Assembly: GCA_963734495.1 (NCBI GenBank)
Contig: CAVTHK010000011.1
Span: 96,001 to 160,000 of the forward strand
Source of the DNA: an uncultured Spirochaetota bacterium
Lineage (GTDB): Bacteria; Spirochaetota; Spirochaetia; SZUA-6; CAVTHK01
Direction: 5' to 3'
DNA: 64,000 nt
Part shown: positions 20,817-30,462 of the stretch, piece by piece
How the letters are laid out: the number at the start of each line of letters is the position of its first letter
Position numbering within the stretch: position 1 is the stretch's first letter
Notes under the pieces: generated by a model
The model's input: the letters and a program-made list of their open reading frames with translations, nothing else
Database searches by the model: none
Told to the model about the DNA's origin: nothing
Made by a program: the position numbers and the translations under genes

Positions 20817-21533
20817 ATGGCATCCGCTTTCATGGCGATCGCGCACCGGGGCGCCTCGGCGCGGAAGCCCGAGAACACGCTGGCCGCGTTCCGCGAGGCG
20901 CTCGCCATGGGCATCCGCGACCTGGAGTGCGACGTGCGGCTCTCGCGCGATGGCCGCATCGTGGTCATCCACGACGCAAAGGTCGATCGGACGACCGACG
21001 GCAGCGGCCGCGTCGCGGACCTCACGCTCACCGAGCTGCGCGCGCTGGACGCGGGCGGGGGCGAGCGCATCCCGCTGCTGGAGGAGCTGCTCGCGATCCT
21101 GACTCCCGACGCGAGTCTCGTCGTGGAGATCAAGGAGGACGACCGCTTCCCCCGGCTGACCGACGCCGTCGTCGCGCTCCTCGCGAAGCGGCGGGGGCCC
21201 GGCAGGGTCGGCATCTCGGCCTTCGAGGCGCCTACCCTGCGGCGCGTGAGGGAGCTCTCGCCGGGCCTCGAGCTCTCGGCGCTGCTGCACGACACGGCCG
21301 GCGCCCTCGACGAGGCGCTTGCGATCGGGGTGGACATCCTCTGCCCGAAGGCGTCCGCAGTCACGGCCGAGCTGGTGTCCCGGCTGCACGCAGGCGGCTA
21401 CCGCGTGCGCGCCTGGGGCCTCGCGGGGCGGGACGAGGCGGAGATGGCGCGCCTCATCCGCTGCGGCGCCGACGGCATGACTACCGACTACCCGGACGTG
21501 CTGGCCGAGCTGCACAAACGCCTTCGCGGCTGA
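20817..21533 (+). CDS. Glycerophosphodiester phosphodiesterase (GDPD/UgpQ family)
   Basis: IAHRGAS...PENTLAAF, LECDVRLSRDG..VVIHD, VEIK, GMTTDYP. Confidence 0.95.
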   Translation: MASAFMAIAHRGASARKPENTLAAFREALAMGIRDLECDVRLSRDGRIVVIHDAKVDRTTDGSGRVADLTLTELRALDAGGGERIPLLEELLAILTPDASLVVEIKEDDRFPRLTDAVVALLAKRRGPGRVGISAFEAPTLRRVRELSPGLELSALLHDTAGALDEALAIGVDILCPKASAVTAELVSRLHAGGYRVRAWGLAGRDEAEMARLIRCGADGMTTDYPDVLAELHKRLRG

Positions 21534-21546
21534 TCCTGCCCCGCGT

Positions 21547-21891
21547 CTACGGCTTCTCGGGCAGCCGGTCGCCCGGGAAGCCCCGGCAGGCGTGGATCTC
21601 GTAGACGAACACCCCCGCCTTTACGCCCGGATCATCGTCCATGACTTTCCGGATTTCCTCGACGGTGCCGTTGAAGATGCCGACTCCCCTGACGTCGCTG
21701 CCGTCCCTGACGGGGCAGACGATGGAGAGGACGCCCTCGGCCCTGAGCGCGAAATTGCGACGCCCGTGCTCCCAGACGATCTTGTCGGCCCCGGGTGAGC
21801 CGGCGGCGGGGCCAGCCTTGAGGATGACCGCAGTGTACTCTCTCGCCACTGTCATCATCTGCCGCATGGAGTCGTCAGTGATTTCTTTCAT
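21547..21891 (-). CDS. YciI-like protein
   Basis: 114 aa with H...and DDPGVKAGVFVYE motif typical of YCII-related domains; GAGGAG RBS. Confidence 0.6.
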   Translation of the reverse strand: MKEITDDSMRQMMTVAREYTAVILKAGPAAGSPGADKIVWEHGRRNFALRAEGVLSIVCPVRDGSDVRGVGIFNGTVEEIRKVMDDDPGVKAGVFVYEIHACRGFPGDRLPEKP

Positions 21892-21988
21892 AGCTCCTCC
21901 AAAGAAGAGGCGTCGCGCCGCGGCCGCCGCCAGAAATGATGGACCGTAATGTACTGACGCGAGACGGCCGTACGGCCCCGCGAGCGGC

Positions 21989-22882
21989 TTACTCGTAGAA
22001 GACCCAGCGCTTCCTCATCCGCCACTGGAACATCGTGGCGAGCGCCACGACGACGAAGAGCAGCCAGGCCAGCGAGCAGGCGTACCCCATGCGGAAGTAG
22101 TTGAAGGCATTCTGGTACAGGTAGTAGATGTACACGGTCGTCGCGCGTCCCGGACCGCCGCTGGTCATGATGTAGATCAGGCCGAAGACCTGGAAGGAGT
22201 TTATGAACGACAGGATCAGGATGAAGAAGGTCGTCGGCGCCAGCATGGGCCAGGTGACGTGGAGAAACTGCTGCGCACGGTCGGCGCCGTCGATGTTGGC
22301 CGCGTCGTAGTACTGCGCGGGTATGCCCTTGAGGCCCGCGAGGTACAGCACCATGTTGTACCCCCCGCCGTGCCACACGCTGACCATGATGATCGCGGGC
22401 ATGGCCCATCGGGACTGGTACAGCCATGACGGCCCCGCTATCCCGAACGTCTTGAGCAGGTTGTTCAGCAAGCCGCGGTCGGGCGCCAGGATCCAGCTCC
22501 ATACGACCCCGATCGCGACCTCCGAGGTCACCACGGGGGCGAAGAACAGACCCTTGAAGAACCCCGAGGTGACGAGGTTCTCGTTGATCAGGAGGGCGAG
22601 CGCGAGCCCGGCGATCAGGGTGAGGGGAATGCTGCCCAGCGTGTAGTAGATGGTGTTGCGCAGCGTGATGCTGAAGAGCTTGTCCGTCGTCAGGATCTTC
22701 ACGTAGTTCTCGAGACCCACGAACCTGGGCTGGGACACGCCGGTCCAGTTGGTGAAGCTCGCGGCAAAGGAGATCAGCGTCGGCACGAAATCGAACAGCG
22801 CCGTCCCGAGCACGACGGGCAGCACGAACAGAAGCCCCATCAGCCGCCGCTGCGTCCTGTAGTTCAGGCTCAAGCCGCTCAC
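21989..22882 (-). CDS. Carbohydrate ABC transporter permease (MalF/UgpA-like)
   Basis: FVGLENY, EAA loop YYDAANIDGA, TSGGPGRAT. Confidence 0.95.
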   Translation of the reverse strand: MSGLSLNYRTQRRLMGLLFVLPVVLGTALFDFVPTLISFAASFTNWTGVSQPRFVGLENYVKILTTDKLFSITLRNTIYYTLGSIPLTLIAGLALALLINENLVTSGFFKGLFFAPVVTSEVAIGVVWSWILAPDRGLLNNLLKTFGIAGPSWLYQSRWAMPAIIMVSVWHGGGYNMVLYLAGLKGIPAQYYDAANIDGADRAQQFLHVTWPMLAPTTFFILILSFINSFQVFGLIYIMTSGGPGRATTVYIYYLYQNAFNYFRMGYACSLAWLLFVVVALATMFQWRMRKRWVFYE

Positions 22883-22900
22883 GCGCCGCTCCTTCCTTGG

Positions 22901-23797
22901 CTATTCCTTGAGCCCCGAAAGCGCGATGCCCTCGGTGAACGTCCGCTCGAAGAGCAGGTAGACGATCATGATGGGCAGCATAACGATCGTGGAGCCCGCC
23001 ATCAGTGGCCCCCAGAGCGTGCCGAACTCACCCTGGAACACGGCCAGACCCAGCGGCGCGGTCATCTTTTCCAGCGTGTTGATGAAGATGAGCGGCCCGA
23101 GGAGCTGGTTCCAGGACCCCATGAACATGAAGATCGCCAGCACTCCGAGCGCCGGCCTCGCCAGCGGAAGCATGATCTTCGTATAGCTCTGCCAGAGCCC
23201 GCATCCGTCCACCCACGCCGAGTCTTCGAGCTCGCTCGGAAGCGTGATGAAGAACTGCCGCATCAGGAACACCCCGAACGTGCTCGCCACGATCGGCGGG
23301 ATGATGAGCGTGTAGTGCGTGTCGATCCACCCGATGCGCCGGAACACGATGTAGAGCGGGATCAGCCTGACGGTGCTCGGTATCATCAGCGTGGCGAGCA
23401 GGAACCCGAACAGGAAGCCGGAGCCCGGGAACTTGACCTTCGCGAAGCTGTAGCCCGCCAGGGAGCACACGAAAAGGGCTCCCAGGACCGCCAGGACCGA
23501 GATTTTCGTGCTGTTCAACATGAAGAGGGCAAAGGGGACGGCCGTCCACGCGTCGGCGTAGTTCTTCCAGACGAACTTCGACGGGATCCACTCGGGCGGG
23601 ATGTGCGCGATCTGGTCCGGCGGCTTCAGCGACGTGGAGATCATCCAGAGAAACGGAGTCGCCATCACGATCCCGACGAGAATCATCAGCGCGTACTTGA
23701 GCACGAGCGCGGCGATCGCGACGATCCGCGATCCGCCCGCGATCATCGGCCTTCTGCGCCTCGTGTGGTCTGCTGCGACAGTCTGATCGGCTGCCAT
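22901..23797 (-). CDS. Carbohydrate ABC transporter permease (MalG/UgpE-like)
   Basis: PFLWMISTSLK, LPSELEDSAWVDGC, GIALSGLK. Confidence 0.95.
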   Translation of the reverse strand: MAADQTVAADHTRRRRPMIAGGSRIVAIAALVLKYALMILVGIVMATPFLWMISTSLKPPDQIAHIPPEWIPSKFVWKNYADAWTAVPFALFMLNSTKISVLAVLGALFVCSLAGYSFAKVKFPGSGFLFGFLLATLMIPSTVRLIPLYIVFRRIGWIDTHYTLIIPPIVASTFGVFLMRQFFITLPSELEDSAWVDGCGLWQSYTKIMLPLARPALGVLAIFMFMGSWNQLLGPLIFINTLEKMTAPLGLAVFQGEFGTLWGPLMAGSTIVMLPIMIVYLLFERTFTEGIALSGLKE

Positions 23798-23821
23798 CCC
23801 GCGCACCCCGCTCGACGGACG

Positions 23822-23853
23822 GCATGGGGGATGCCCTGCGGCATCCCCCATGC
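23822..23853. terminator. Intercistronic stem-loop after the SBP gene
   Basis: GCATGGGGGATGCC-CTGC-GGCATCCCCCATGC, perfect 14-bp stem, no U-tract. Confidence 0.6.
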
Positions 23854-23873
23854 TTCGACTGCGACAGGTATTC

Positions 23874-25172
23874 CTAGAATTCCGCCAGCAGCGCCTCGAT
23901 ATCCTTGCGCACGGCGTTGAGCGCATCCGTCGCCTTGAGATCGCCGTTCATGACGAGCCTGATCTGCGGCCAGTAGATATTGCGGGCCTGCTCGGTGTTC
24001 GTCGTCTTGGGCACGGGCAGGTACCCGTCGAGCGCCTTGATCGCCAGGTCCCTGTCCTGGGGCATGGCCACGCCGGGAAGCCAGTAGGACGCGGCCCACT
24101 CGGGCTTGACCGGCAGCCAGAAGCCCGACTTTCCGAGGATCTTGTAGGCGTCCTCGGACGTGAGGAACGTGAGCCACTTGAAGGCTTCTGCCGGGTGCTT
24201 GGCGTCCTTCGGGATCACCTGCGAGTCGAGCGCCCCGCCGGTCTTGAAGTTCACCTTGCCGGGAATGGGCCTGGCTGCCCACACGAACTTGTCGCCCACC
24301 TTCCGTGCAACGCTCGGGATCTGACGGGTGTCTCCGTTGAACATGGCGAGCGAGCCCGCGGCAAAGAGGTCGGTCTGGTTCATCTGGCCCCACGTGGAAA
24401 ACGGCGGCTGGACGTGGTTGACCAGGGTGAGGTCGGCCACCCACTGGACCGCCTCCGCACCCGGGGGATCGGCGAGGACGAACTTGCGGCCGTCATCGCT
24501 GTAGACGTTGCCGCCGTTGTTCGCCGCCCACGTCACCTCGTTGCTCGGGAACGTATGGCTGACCGAGCCGCCGTAGCGCTTTGTCTCGGTGCCCGTGGTG
24601 ACCGTCAGCTTCTTGGCCGTGGCGACAAAGTCGTCGAAGGTCCACCTGTCCTTGGGGGGAAGGGCGACTCCGGCCTGCTTGAAGGCGTCCACGTTGACCC
24701 AGACGACCTCGGCCGTGAGCCCCTTGACCCAGGACATGTGCTTGCCCCTCACCTTGGGCCAGCTCCAGAACGCCGGGATGAATCCCTCCGTCTTGATGTT
24801 GGCCTTCTTGATGTAGTCATCGAGGGGCAGCAGGAGGTCGCGCACGGAGTAGTCCTGCACGTAGTCGTCGTTGAGCCTCATCAGGTCGGGCGGAGTGCCG
24901 GCGGCGATCAGCGTGTGCATCTTGTCGACGATACGCGAAGGCGTGTACAGCGGCTTGATCTTGATCGTCGGGTTGGCGGCCTCGAAATTCGCGATCAGCG
25001 TGTCCAGGTTCAGGTCCTGAGGGTTTTCATCGAACAGCCAGGTCACTTCCACGGGCTGTCCCGTGCTGGCCGCCTCCTGGGTGCCCGTGGCGCTCACCGG
25101 CATCGAGCTCAGGATGACCAGCAGCCCGATCGAAAAGACCAGGGTCAGCTCGGACTTCTGTCCTTTGTCCAT
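23874..25172 (-). CDS. Carbohydrate ABC transporter substrate-binding protein
   Basis: Signal peptide ending SATGTQE; FEAANPTIKI, AAGTPPD, WTFDDF..TAKKLT; ATG 25172 with GGAGG RBS. Confidence 0.9.
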   Translation of the reverse strand: MDKGQKSELTLVFSIGLLVILSSMPVSATGTQEAASTGQPVEVTWLFDENPQDLNLDTLIANFEAANPTIKIKPLYTPSRIVDKMHTLIAAGTPPDLMRLNDDYVQDYSVRDLLLPLDDYIKKANIKTEGFIPAFWSWPKVRGKHMSWVKGLTAEVVWVNVDAFKQAGVALPPKDRWTFDDFVATAKKLTVTTGTETKRYGGSVSHTFPSNEVTWAANNGGNVYSDDGRKFVLADPPGAEAVQWVADLTLVNHVQPPFSTWGQMNQTDLFAAGSLAMFNGDTRQIPSVARKVGDKFVWAARPIPGKVNFKTGGALDSQVIPKDAKHPAEAFKWLTFLTSEDAYKILGKSGFWLPVKPEWAASYWLPGVAMPQDRDLAIKALDGYLPVPKTTNTEQARNIYWPQIRLVMNGDLKATDALNAVRKDIEALLAEF

Positions 25173-25245
25173 TCGGATTCCTCCCCCGTTCGGATTTGCC
25201 TGCCGTGCTCCCTTGCCGCGGGAGCGGATCACCTCCTGCCCAGAA

Positions 25246-25273
25246 ATTGTAAGCAAACTCCGACCGGTGTCAA
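25246..25273 (-). promoter_or_regulatory. Sigma70-type promoter
   Basis: TTGACA-16 bp-TACAAT upstream of the SBP gene. Confidence 0.6.
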
Positions 25274-25314
25274 ATGCGATTCCCGCAGGGAACGCGCCGC
25301 GGGCGGGCGGGGCT

Positions 25315-26712
25315 TCAGGCATGGAGCTTGCCGCGGGCAAGCGAGGCGAAGATGCCGGCGAGGCAGAGCGCGGAGAAGATCAGAAAGGAGAACCGGAAGC
25401 TCATCAGGAACGCCGGGTAGCGATCCGGCGTTATCTGCGCCTCGCCCAGGAAGACCGCGATGATCAGCGCGGCGACTCCCATGCTCAGCATCTGTCCGAT
25501 CAGGCGCATCGCGGCCGTCGTGGCCGCGGCGACGCCGTAGTGCACCCGGCTCACCGAGCCCATGATCGCGTTGGTGTTCGGCGAGGAGAACAGCGCGAAC
25601 CCCAGGCCGCAGAGCAGGAGGATGCCGACCACGTGCCCGAGCGTCGACGAGGCGCCGAGCGAGGAGGCCAGCGCGAGCCCGGCGGTGGTCAGCGCCATTC
25701 CGATCGAAGAGACGATGCGCGGCTCGACACGGTCCGAGAGCCTGCCGGCCAGCGGAGACAGGATCGCCTGCACCACCGGCTGGATGAGCAGGATGAGGCC
25801 CGCCGTGCGCGGATCCAGCCCCTTGATGTACTGCAGGTAGAGGCTGAGCAGGAAGCCCAGGGCGAACGTGGCCGCGTAGTTGATGAGGGCGGAGAGGTTC
25901 GAGAGGGCGAAGGTGACGTTGCGGAACAGGCTGATCGCGAGCACGGGACTGGGCGCGCGGCTCTCCACGATCACGAAGAGGGCCAGGCACGCGACGCCTG
26001 CGAGCATCAACCAGACGCCGGTCAGCGCCGGAAGCACCCTGAAGCCGTACATGATCGCCAGCAGGGCCACGGCGTAGAGCGCCGAGCCGAGCACGTCCAT
26101 CTTCTGGCCGCGCGCTTCCGCCCATTCCCCCCGCATCTTCCAGATGGTCAGGGCGACCACCAGGCCGCCCAGGATCGTCGTGAGGAAGAAGATGTGTCTC
26201 CAGCCCAGGTAGTGGGTGATGAACCCGCCGATCGCGGGCCCGAACGCGAGACCGGCGTACACCGCGGCCACGCTGATGCCGAGCGCGCGGCCTCTCTCGG
26301 CGGGCGGGTACACGGAAGTCACGATGGCGGTCGCGGTCCCGAACATCATCGCGTCCGTGATCCCCTGGAGCGCGCGGAGGGCGATCAGCATGGTCTCCGA
26401 GGTCGCCAGGCCGCACAGGAGGGACATGATCGTGTAGCCGATCATGCCGGAGAGGAAGACCTTTTTCCGGCCGTAGATGTCCGCCAGCCTCCCGAGAGGC
26501 ACGAGGAACATCGCGGCCGCGAGCAGGTAGATCGTGGATATCCAGCTCAGGGTGACGGCGCCGGAGCCGAACTCGGCGCCGATCGAAGGAAGAGCGATGT
26601 TGATCGAAGACCCCATGAACGGGGTGAGAAAAGCCGCCGTCGCGGCGACGAACAGGACGACTCCCTTGTCCACGCCGCTGGCGGGCCCGGCAGGTCTTTC
26701 AGCGCTGCTCAT
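25315..26712 (-). CDS. MFS transporter, DHA2 (14-TM drug:H+ antiporter) family
   Basis: SSINIALPSI, motif A GRLADIYGRKK, ERGRALG, GPAIGG...LGWR, FSSPNT. Confidence 0.9.
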   Translation of the reverse strand: MSSAERPAGPASGVDKGVVLFVAATAAFLTPFMGSSINIALPSIGAEFGSGAVTLSWISTIYLLAAAMFLVPLGRLADIYGRKKVFLSGMIGYTIMSLLCGLATSETMLIALRALQGITDAMMFGTATAIVTSVYPPAERGRALGISVAAVYAGLAFGPAIGGFITHYLGWRHIFFLTTILGGLVVALTIWKMRGEWAEARGQKMDVLGSALYAVALLAIMYGFRVLPALTGVWLMLAGVACLALFVIVESRAPSPVLAISLFRNVTFALSNLSALINYAATFALGFLLSLYLQYIKGLDPRTAGLILLIQPVVQAILSPLAGRLSDRVEPRIVSSIGMALTTAGLALASSLGASSTLGHVVGILLLCGLGFALFSSPNTNAIMGSVSRVHYGVAAATTAAMRLIGQMLSMGVAALIIAVFLGEAQITPDRYPAFLMSFRFSFLIFSALCLAGIFASLARGKLHA

Positions 26713-26842
26713 GACGTCCGCATAAGCTACCACGGAAGAGCGGTACAGGATAGAGCGGGCGCCGTCTGCCGCTCACCGATCCGCGGCAGCGGCTCGAACG
26801 ACCGCCTGCCGAAAGTCCGACAGGCTGATACAGTGTCAGCCA

Positions 26843-28384
26843 ATGAACAAGCCCGTCCGCCTCGTTCCCCACGCCGTCGTCCTCGTCGCGAGCACGGGGA
26901 TCATGATCATCGAGCTCGTCGCAGGCCGCCTTGTGGCCAAGTATCTCGGCAACTCGCTCTACACCTGGACCAGCGTCATCGGCATCGTGCTGGGCGGGAT
27001 CAGCCTGGGCAACTGGATCGGAGGGAGGCTCGCGGACAGGATCGCGCCCCGCAGGATCATTCCGTGGATCCTGCTGGCCGCTTCGGCGCTCACCGTCCTC
27101 GTCCTCGCCCTGGATCTTCTGGTGACCTTCGTCACGCGCACGGTCGCCGCGGGCGGGATGACGGTCGGCATCCTTGCGCGCGCGGTCGCGATCATCACGG
27201 TCCTCTTCTTTCTCCCTTCCGCGTCGCTGGGAATGGTCTCGCCCGTGATGGCCAAGTATGCCATCGAGGCGTCCTCCGGGGTGGGCGCTACCGTCGGCGG
27301 CATCTACGCGGCCGGCTCGCTCGGCAGCATCGGCGGCACCTTTCTCGCCGGCTACCTGCTCATCCCCGCGTTCGGCCTCAGCGCGAACATCCTCATGGTG
27401 GGCGTCGTCCTCGCGGCTCTCTCGCTCCTCATGGGCGGCCGCCGCATCGTGAGCGGGGCGTGGCTTGCGGCCCTGCTCCTCCTGCTGGTCACGGGAGCGC
27501 CCGAGCGGCTTTCCCGCCAGCCGGAAACGACGCACGTGCTCTTCGAGAAGGACTCCGCCTACTCCTACGTGCAGGTCGCGGACAAGAGCCTCGCCGCGGG
27601 GGTCGAACGCACGCTTCGCCTGGACGCGCTCATCCACAACAGGTACGACCCGAAGAGCCCGGACACGCTCCTGTACCAGTACGAGCGGATCTTCGCGGCC
27701 CTGACTGCCGCCTGGTCGCGCGAAACGGCCGGCGGGGGCCCGTTCGCGACGCTCACCCTCGGGGGCGGAGCCCTGACGCTGCCGACGTACCTCGAGCGTC
27801 ACTTCCCTTCGGCGACTCACACCGTCGTCGAGATCGACCCCGAGGTCGTGCGCACGGCACGGCGCTTCTTCGATGTGCCCGCCGACTCGCGCCTCCGCAT
27901 CGTGGTCGAGGACGCGCGCCGGTACGTCGACGAGGCTCAGGGGAAGGCGGCCTACGGCGTGGTCTACTGCGACGCCTTCAACGCCTACTCGGTCCCCGCT
28001 CACCTCACGACGCGCGAGTTCGTCGCCGGCGTGGCACGCCTCCTCGCTCCGGACGGGATCTTCCTCGCCAACGTGATCGACATCTTCGACTCGGGCAGGT
28101 TCCTCGGCGCCTACCTCGCCACGGTCAAGGCCGTCTTCACGGAGACGGTCGTCTACCTGCCGACGGATTCGCGCTGGGACGCGCGCGCGACGTTCGTGGT
28201 CGCCGCGAGCCGCGGCCGGCCGTTTCCCGCGACGCTGCTCGACGCCGAGGGGAACGCGGTTGCCTCGGCAATCCCGCGGGCGCGGCTCGACGAGCTCGCG
28301 GGCCGCCGGACGCGCATCCTCACCGACGACCACGCGCCCGTGGAGAACCTGATGGCGCCCGTGTTCCTCCGCAGCGTGAAGTAG
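26843..28384 (+). CDS. Fused membrane domain / spermidine synthase-like SAM-binding protein
   Basis: N-terminal TM domain (ELVAGRLVA..LGNSLY.WT), C-terminal LGGGALT, VEIDPEV, DAF, LTDDHAPVE. Confidence 0.9.
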   Translation: MNKPVRLVPHAVVLVASTGIMIIELVAGRLVAKYLGNSLYTWTSVIGIVLGGISLGNWIGGRLADRIAPRRIIPWILLAASALTVLVLALDLLVTFVTRTVAAGGMTVGILARAVAIITVLFFLPSASLGMVSPVMAKYAIEASSGVGATVGGIYAAGSLGSIGGTFLAGYLLIPAFGLSANILMVGVVLAALSLLMGGRRIVSGAWLAALLLLLVTGAPERLSRQPETTHVLFEKDSAYSYVQVADKSLAAGVERTLRLDALIHNRYDPKSPDTLLYQYERIFAALTAAWSRETAGGGPFATLTLGGGALTLPTYLERHFPSATHTVVEIDPEVVRTARRFFDVPADSRLRIVVEDARRYVDEAQGKAAYGVVYCDAFNAYSVPAHLTTREFVAGVARLLAPDGIFLANVIDIFDSGRFLGAYLATVKAVFTETVVYLPTDSRWDARATFVVAASRGRPFPATLLDAEGNAVASAIPRARLDELAGRRTRILTDDHAPVENLMAPVFLRSVK

Positions 28385-28463
28385 CGGGGCCCCCGGCGGC
28401 GCCCAGCGGCGCCCCGGCGGAGTTGACAGCGGCCGGTGAGCGGTGCGACGTTCAGCGGCGGGA

Positions 28464-29615
28464 ATGCGCATCGTCCACTGGTACCCGAACCTGCTCGACG
28501 GCGGCGCCGTCGCCGACGCGGTCACCGGCCTCGCGGACGCGCAGGCCGCACTGGGCGCCGACGTCGTCGTCGCCGCCGCCGAGCCGCGGCGCCCGCGCGG
28601 CGGGGAGCGCACGCGGTCCGGCAACCCGCGCGTCTTCTGCTGGCGGCCCGCGTGGCGATGGCAGAGGGGAAACGTCGTCCTCCGCGGGCTCGCGCGCGCG
28701 GACCGCGAGGAGCTGGCACTCCTGCGCCCCGACGTCGTCCACATCCACGGCGAGATCAATCCCGACAACATGAGGGTGCCTTCAATTTTCGACTGCGCGA
28801 TCGTGCTCAGCCCTCACGGCGCGTTTCACCCCGTCGTGCTGCGCCGCAACCGGGTCGCGAAGGCTGCCTACCTCGCGCTCGCGGATCGCGTGCTGTACCG
28901 CAGGGTGGTCTTCCAGGCGCTCTCTCCCCTGGAAAGGCGGGACATCCTCGGCCGTTTCCCCCGCGCGGAAGTCTACGTCGCTCCGAACGGGCCGAGCCCG
29001 CGCATCGAGGAGCAGCTGTCGGCGCGGAGCATGGACGTCCCGCGGCCGCCTTCAGCTTCAATTTCGTTCCTCTTCGCGGGCAGGCTCGACGTCCGGGGCA
29101 AGGCGCTCGACACGATGCTCGAGGCGTTCGCCCTTGCCGCGCCGGGCATCCCGGGCGCGACGCTGGTTCTCGCCGGCGCCGACCCGGGGGGAGCGAGAGC
29201 CGAGCTGCTGCGCCTTGCGCGCAGCCTCGGAGTCGAAGGGCAGGTCGAGGTCCCCGGTCTCCTCAGCGAGGACGCGCTCGCGCACGCGTACGGGAGGGCG
29301 GACGTTTACCTTCAGCTTTCGAGGAACGAGGCGTTTTCCCTTTCCGTGGCCGAAGCGCTGCTCGCCGGCGTCCCGGTCATCCTCGGCCGCGAGGTCGGCA
29401 TCGGTTCCTACGCCGAGATCGCGGGCCTGCCTCACGTCGCGATCGCGGGTCCGGACGCGGAGGGCGTTGCGGAAGCGATGGTCCGCGCAGCCGGCGGCAT
29501 CGAGGCGCTCACGAGGAGCGCCCGGGAGAGCCGGGCGCGCGTCCGCGCATTCCTGTCCTGGAAGAGAGTGGCGGCGATCACGCTCGCGCGATACGCGACG
29601 CTCGCGCGAGCCTGA
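28464..29615 (+). CDS. Glycosyltransferase family 4 (GT-B)
   Basis: PDVVHIHG, SPHGA, FAGRLD..K, EX7E motif EAFSLSVAE. Confidence 0.9.
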   Translation: MRIVHWYPNLLDGGAVADAVTGLADAQAALGADVVVAAAEPRRPRGGERTRSGNPRVFCWRPAWRWQRGNVVLRGLARADREELALLRPDVVHIHGEINPDNMRVPSIFDCAIVLSPHGAFHPVVLRRNRVAKAAYLALADRVLYRRVVFQALSPLERRDILGRFPRAEVYVAPNGPSPRIEEQLSARSMDVPRPPSASISFLFAGRLDVRGKALDTMLEAFALAAPGIPGATLVLAGADPGGARAELLRLARSLGVEGQVEVPGLLSEDALAHAYGRADVYLQLSRNEAFSLSVAEALLAGVPVILGREVGIGSYAEIAGLPHVAIAGPDAEGVAEAMVRAAGGIEALTRSARESRARVRAFLSWKRVAAITLARYATLARA

Positions 29616-29660
29616 GGTGCCGGCGGTCGGTGCGGCCCGCGTGCTCGCGCCTGCCCGCCA

Positions 29661-30371
29661 TCATCGGCGGAAGTCGGGAATGTCGGCGACCTTCCACAGG
29701 GCGAGGCACTTGTCCCGGTAGTCGACGGCGGGGTGCCTTTCGTTGATCGCCTCGATCGCAGGTGGAAACCCGAACGGAGGCAGCCGCAGGTTGATGGGCC
29801 GCCAGGCGCCGGCAGGGATGTCTTCGTTCGCCTTCCTGTCCGCAAAGGTCGTCGTGAGGAAGTACGCGGATGCGGAGCGCTTGACATTTGCGAGCGCGTC
29901 GAAAATGGCGGCGTACGGCAGGTGCACGAGGCAGTCGCGGCACAGGACGAGGTCGGCGCGGGGGAGCTGGTCGCGCGTGAGGTCGAGCCGGACGAACCTG
30001 CGATTCGCGCCGGCGTACAGAGCCGCGTTGCGCTCGATCATCTCGGCGACGATGTCGGCGCCGGTGTAGTCGACGTCCAGCTCCACCGTCCTCATCCAGA
30101 AGAAGTCTCCGCAGGGAATGTCGAGCAGCGATCGGCAGCCCAGATCACGGACCAGCCGGGGAAGCGCCTCGCGGACCGCCCTCGTCTGCTCGAGGCTCGC
30201 GCCGGAGCCGGAGCGCGAATCGCCGGCCCCCCACGCGCCCGCGCGGTACATAGCGGTGAAGATCCGTTCCTGCGTCCTGCCGCGCATCGCGGGAGAGTAC
30301 TTGATGGCTCTCCAGATCTTCGCGAGAAAGGGAGCCCGTCGCAGCAGGAAGGCCCTGAGGGAGTTCAGCAT
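29661..30371 (-). CDS. Class I SAM-dependent methyltransferase
   Basis: SGSGAS, LLDIPCGDF.WM, YTGADIV, DLVLCRDCLVHL. Confidence 0.85.
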   Translation of the reverse strand: MLNSLRAFLLRRAPFLAKIWRAIKYSPAMRGRTQERIFTAMYRAGAWGAGDSRSGSGASLEQTRAVREALPRLVRDLGCRSLLDIPCGDFFWMRTVELDVDYTGADIVAEMIERNAALYAGANRRFVRLDLTRDQLPRADLVLCRDCLVHLPYAAIFDALANVKRSASAYFLTTTFADRKANEDIPAGAWRPINLRLPPFGFPPAIEAINERHPAVDYRDKCLALWKVADIPDFRR

Positions 30372-30417
30372 GCTCAGACCTGCATTCTACCGCGACGCGG
30401 GCCGCGGCGGTCAAGGA

Positions 30418-30462
30418 CTGGTCGAGCGCTGACCGAGCGCTGGTCGAGGCTGGTCGAGCGCT
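30418..30462. repeat. Four degenerate tandem copies of the 11-bp unit CTGGTCGAGCG
   Basis: CTGGTCGAGCG/CTGACCGAGCG/CTGGTCGAGG/CTGGTCGAGCG in the intergenic gap. Confidence 0.7.

Noticed and set aside
25063-28773. 1236-aa plus-strand ORF and many other long overlapping ORFs (e.g. 46..1572, 14631..16733, 30791..33157, 38603..40645)
   Set aside because: Arg/Gly/Ala/Pro-rich shadow frames of genuine genes, expected from stop-codon scarcity at high GC; no motifs.
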